Below are positions 60,655 to 64,000 of a stretch of DNA of 64,000 nt, in pieces; the stretch's first letter is position 1, and every line of letters begins with the position of its first letter. The position numbers were made by a program, and so were the translations under genes. The stretch is from positions 1,271,438-1,335,437 of the forward strand of contig NC_083427.1 of assembly GCF_020745735.1 (NCBI RefSeq), written 5' to 3'. The stretch is from Hemiscyllium ocellatum (Eukaryota). Under the pieces are notes generated by a model. It saw only the letters and a program-made list of their open reading frames with translations, was not told the DNA's origin and searched no databases.

Positions 60655-63254
60655 AAACCTCAACTCGAGCTACAAACCTTGCGAAGTATCAATTATTTCG
60701 TGGAAATTCCTTTCCTTTCAATTAATTCTGGGAATTCTGCTTTTTAAATGAATCTTGCAAGTCTAAAGTATATCTGTTATGTAGATTTTTTTTAGAAAGG
60801 GATATGGGCTTCGCCAACTGTGACAGCTTTCTTTTCGTTTCAACAAAGTCAGGGTACAATCTACTTTACCCTATAAAATATGGTGTAAACTGACTCTGTT
60901 CTTCATTATGATTTCGCAATTTTATTGTAGTTATTGGCAAGTTGTACCAAACCCATCGTTCAGTCCGACATGCAGTTTTATAAAAAAAAAGTTACAACCT
61001 CTAGCTGCTCGACAGGGTTCATTCATTCTGCCTTTCCTTGACTGTCTTTCATATTACTGGGAAATTGTATCCGAACTTCATCTGATTTACATTTTTTTAA
61101 TAGACCTAATCATGGCATATCCACTACATATGCAGCATTCAAGTATCAATTCTGTCAGGAGGGCTACAAAGCCATTCCGACAAAGGCAGTTTTTCATTCC
61201 AGGGAATTGTCAGGTAACCCTTATCTGAACGGCCTCTGATGCATTCACATCTCATGTAACTGAGATGACCAATCAGACGCAGCACACAGTCCAGGAGGAA
61301 TCTTTTATGTACCTGGTTTATCTGGAAAAAAAAGCTTCTGCACAATCCCGTCCAGTTTCCCATTTGACAAATCGCATCATTGTTTTAGTTTTCTGAATTA
61401 TTTGCTGGCCAGATGTGCTAACGTCAAGTGATCCATCCTTTTGGACACCATCGTCTTTCTGCAACTCAGAGTTGCACAAAATGTCATCATTTTGATTGTT
61501 CTTTTCTGTTCCTCTTGCTAGATATTCATCCCTTTCACCAAATTACTACATTGCACGTCATTTACCGTGTTCTTATTCACACGTGGCAAGATATTCTTGT
61601 AGTTTAATTGGCCCTCTGATGACTTAATGCCTCTTTTTATTTTTGAGAGTTTGTTATGTTTGGCAAACGAAGCATGTCCCACTTAATCCAACACATAAAT
61701 TACGAACAGTAGCAATTCCTCCAACAGTCCCTCTGGCACACCACTTGCCAACCTTAGGATTACTCCTGCACACCTACTGTCACTTTCAGCTATTCTCCTG
61801 TCCATTTCAGTATTGTACAGTCCTCTGTCTTTCATTATCCACTATCAACTTTGATTTGGCATTTAATTGAACATTTACGGGAACTCACCACGCACTGCAA
61901 CCGACGATTCCCCTTTTATCCAGTAGATTTCTTAAACATGATTTCCCGTTCATAAAGCCGTGATTTCTTTGAACTTGTCCAGTTGCACCTTATTTTAAAC
62001 AGCTTCTAACATTGCAAACTGACTTGTGCCATTTCTTGCTCGCTGTCTCAAAATGTTTTGATAAACTTGTTAAATGTGATGCATTGTTATTCTAAATGAT
62101 TTCCCCAGCATTGGAGATGAATTGCAACAGTCAACACAGAATGTCAGTTATTTGAATGACATTTTCACTTTGGACGCAGGGATAATGTCACGAGGGGACA
62201 GGCAGGTCTCGGCCCGCAGCTGCAACTGTTTAGGCAGGACCGTTTCGCTGTTGCATGTCATTTCCCTGCTTTTCCCCTTCCTTCGATTTGCCGATTAATT
62301 GCATTTTCTAGAATGCTGCTTGTATTCTCTGTCATAAAAACTGTTGGAAAATAAGTGTTCTATTTATTTCTTCTCTGTTGCGTTTGACAGCATGATTTGT
62401 CAAACATTCATTTCTTGCATGACTAACTTTCACTTTGTAAATTATTTTATTTTCGAAAAAGTTACAGGACCTCGTCCTCTCTCTTTCTTTTAACTCACTG
62501 GTTAGCTTCCTATCATATTCTGATTATGCAATCTTTCTTTCTTAATTTTCAGACATTTCATTTCCGAACATTTTAATATTCTGTCTAATTTTCTGACTTA
62601 CCATCTATTTATCCACAATCACACACGTTTTCCTGAATGTAGATATTATCGTAAACCACATAAACCAGTTCTGAAACTTGGAATATTCCTTACTCTTTGG
62701 AATGTACCTATTTAAGTGATCTGAAATGTCTCCTGACATGTTTGCCACTTTATCATGTTCGAATTCTCCTCCATCTGATTTTCCAGTTCACTTCAGCCAG
62801 CTCTGATTTCGTGTCCACAGAATATGATTTTTATTTAAAAAAAGAACCGTTGTCTATCTCTCACATTGATTGTATTATGCAATGGAGTTATTGTTGCTGA
62901 TCCATAAGAGCGCCTTTCCAGTGAGATAATGAGTTAATCCAATTTCATTCCACCATTGCAGGATGTTCAATATAGGTTGAAAACTTGCGATTCGAATGAA
63001 TGATTGCAAGATCTATTTTGATGAGCTGTCTTTGCCCATCTAACTTTCGCAGTTATTTTACAGATAATAGCTTGCATAATGATTTTTTGATTTTCTGACA
63101 AGCTGTTGCAATGCCTTCCTTTATGTTCTCCCTATTATATTGTTACACATGTTGACCCAAACAATGCTCCCACAAATGACTTCTTGAAATGGCAATTTTT
63201 CAGCTTTACTCAAACCCATTCCACGGGCTGCTTTTCTGAAATGGGGTCACCTCT

Positions 63255-63370
63255 CTCCCTTTCATAAAACAAGAACAGCAAACTCTGAAGAAATTCAGCC
63301 TTCCTGGAAGCATTGGTGGAGAGAAAGAGACAGAATATGCCTCCGGTCTGATGTGACTCTCTGAATGAAC
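63255..63370. repeat. Degenerate copy of the shark short repeat family seen at 9105-9245 and 55190-55350
   Basis: aaaacaagaacagcaaactctgaagaaattcagc...gcattggtggagagaaagagacaga resembles the family arm. Confidence 0.4.
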
Positions 63371-64000
63371 TGTAGAACTTGTATAGGTTTCCTACCCCAC
63401 CCCTCCCCGTCATTTCTACATCATCTGCACGAATCCAATCTATATCATCTTGTGGGAAGGATAATGTTGAAGGCCAAGAGTAGTTTCATCACCTATTGGC
63501 CTCTGTATATGCTGACTGTCAGCATGGACCTCACTAATGGCAATTCGAACTAATGTAACTCTGTTACTTGCTGGAAACTATCACAAATTGATGCTTTCGC
63601 ACCGCATGACGGAGAAGACATAAGCATATGCGTGAGAACATCAGTGTGCAGATGGAATCAGTTATTATGTAGGGTATGTTGTTCCCAAGACTGATATACA
63701 TAGTCATTGCCATGGATGTTATTTATAACATTTGATATCTAAATTTACAGCAAAATGATGCAGTTTGTTGACAGTGTGCTTGCTGGAGAGCACGGAACAG
63801 TGGTCATGTGTAAAAGATTCAAAGAATGTAATCAACTCAATATTTCACTCGCGGGTTGATAGCTGCTGCATTCGTGTATTATTTCATTATAAAATTTCAC
63901 ATGCGATATCTTCTCGTGTTATTGATGACGTGACTGTTGAGTATTGGTAGACATTGGGGATTGATTAGAAGTCAGCAATAGCCCAGTTCATAAAGCAAGA

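Larger units (their letters stand above)
58500..64000 (+). other. IgNAR J-C intron (5' part; first constant exon presumed beyond the window)
   Basis: Starts with donor GTAAGT. No C1-set Ig exon was recognised by eye through 64000. Confidence 0.65.

Noticed and set aside
58500-64000. Intronic enhancer (E-mu-like) in the J-C intron
   Set aside because: Scattered E-boxes (CAGGTG, CACCTG, CACGTG) exist, but I saw no exact octamer or dense cluster beyond chance expectation. It cannot be supported from sequence alone.

Overview
Eukaryotic, repeat-rich shark (cartilaginous fish) genomic DNA. The V sequence most resembles carpet-shark (Orectolobiformes, bamboo/epaulette-shark-like) VNARs; the species assignment is inference. 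The only host gene is an unrearranged, apparently intact germline IgNAR (heavy-chain-only antibody) cluster on the + strand. It comprises a promoter with octamer and TATA (~56456-56590), leader exon (56679-56721), type II VNAR exon with a CDR1 Cys (56848-57122), three D segments, one J (58455-58499) and a complete set of 12/22-23 RSSs. No constant exon was found in the 5.5 kb after J. About 13 kb upstream, a ~33.4-kb tandem array of a ~5.5-kb unit (9813-43197; 7 copies, 2 carrying deletions) is built mostly from decayed retroelements. Its breakpoints, microhomology-flanked deletions and mosaic A/B haplotype pattern can be read from the sequence. The rest is HE1-like tRNA SINEs, CR1/L2-clade LINE fragments and short inverted-repeat elements carrying hammerhead-ribozyme-like cores (Penelope-like). 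One of these cores, with all conserved catalytic-core nucleotides present, lies in the sense strand of the IgNAR J-C intron. Nearly all ORFs in the supplied track are TE fragments or spurious. All alignments and identities were judged by eye, not computed.
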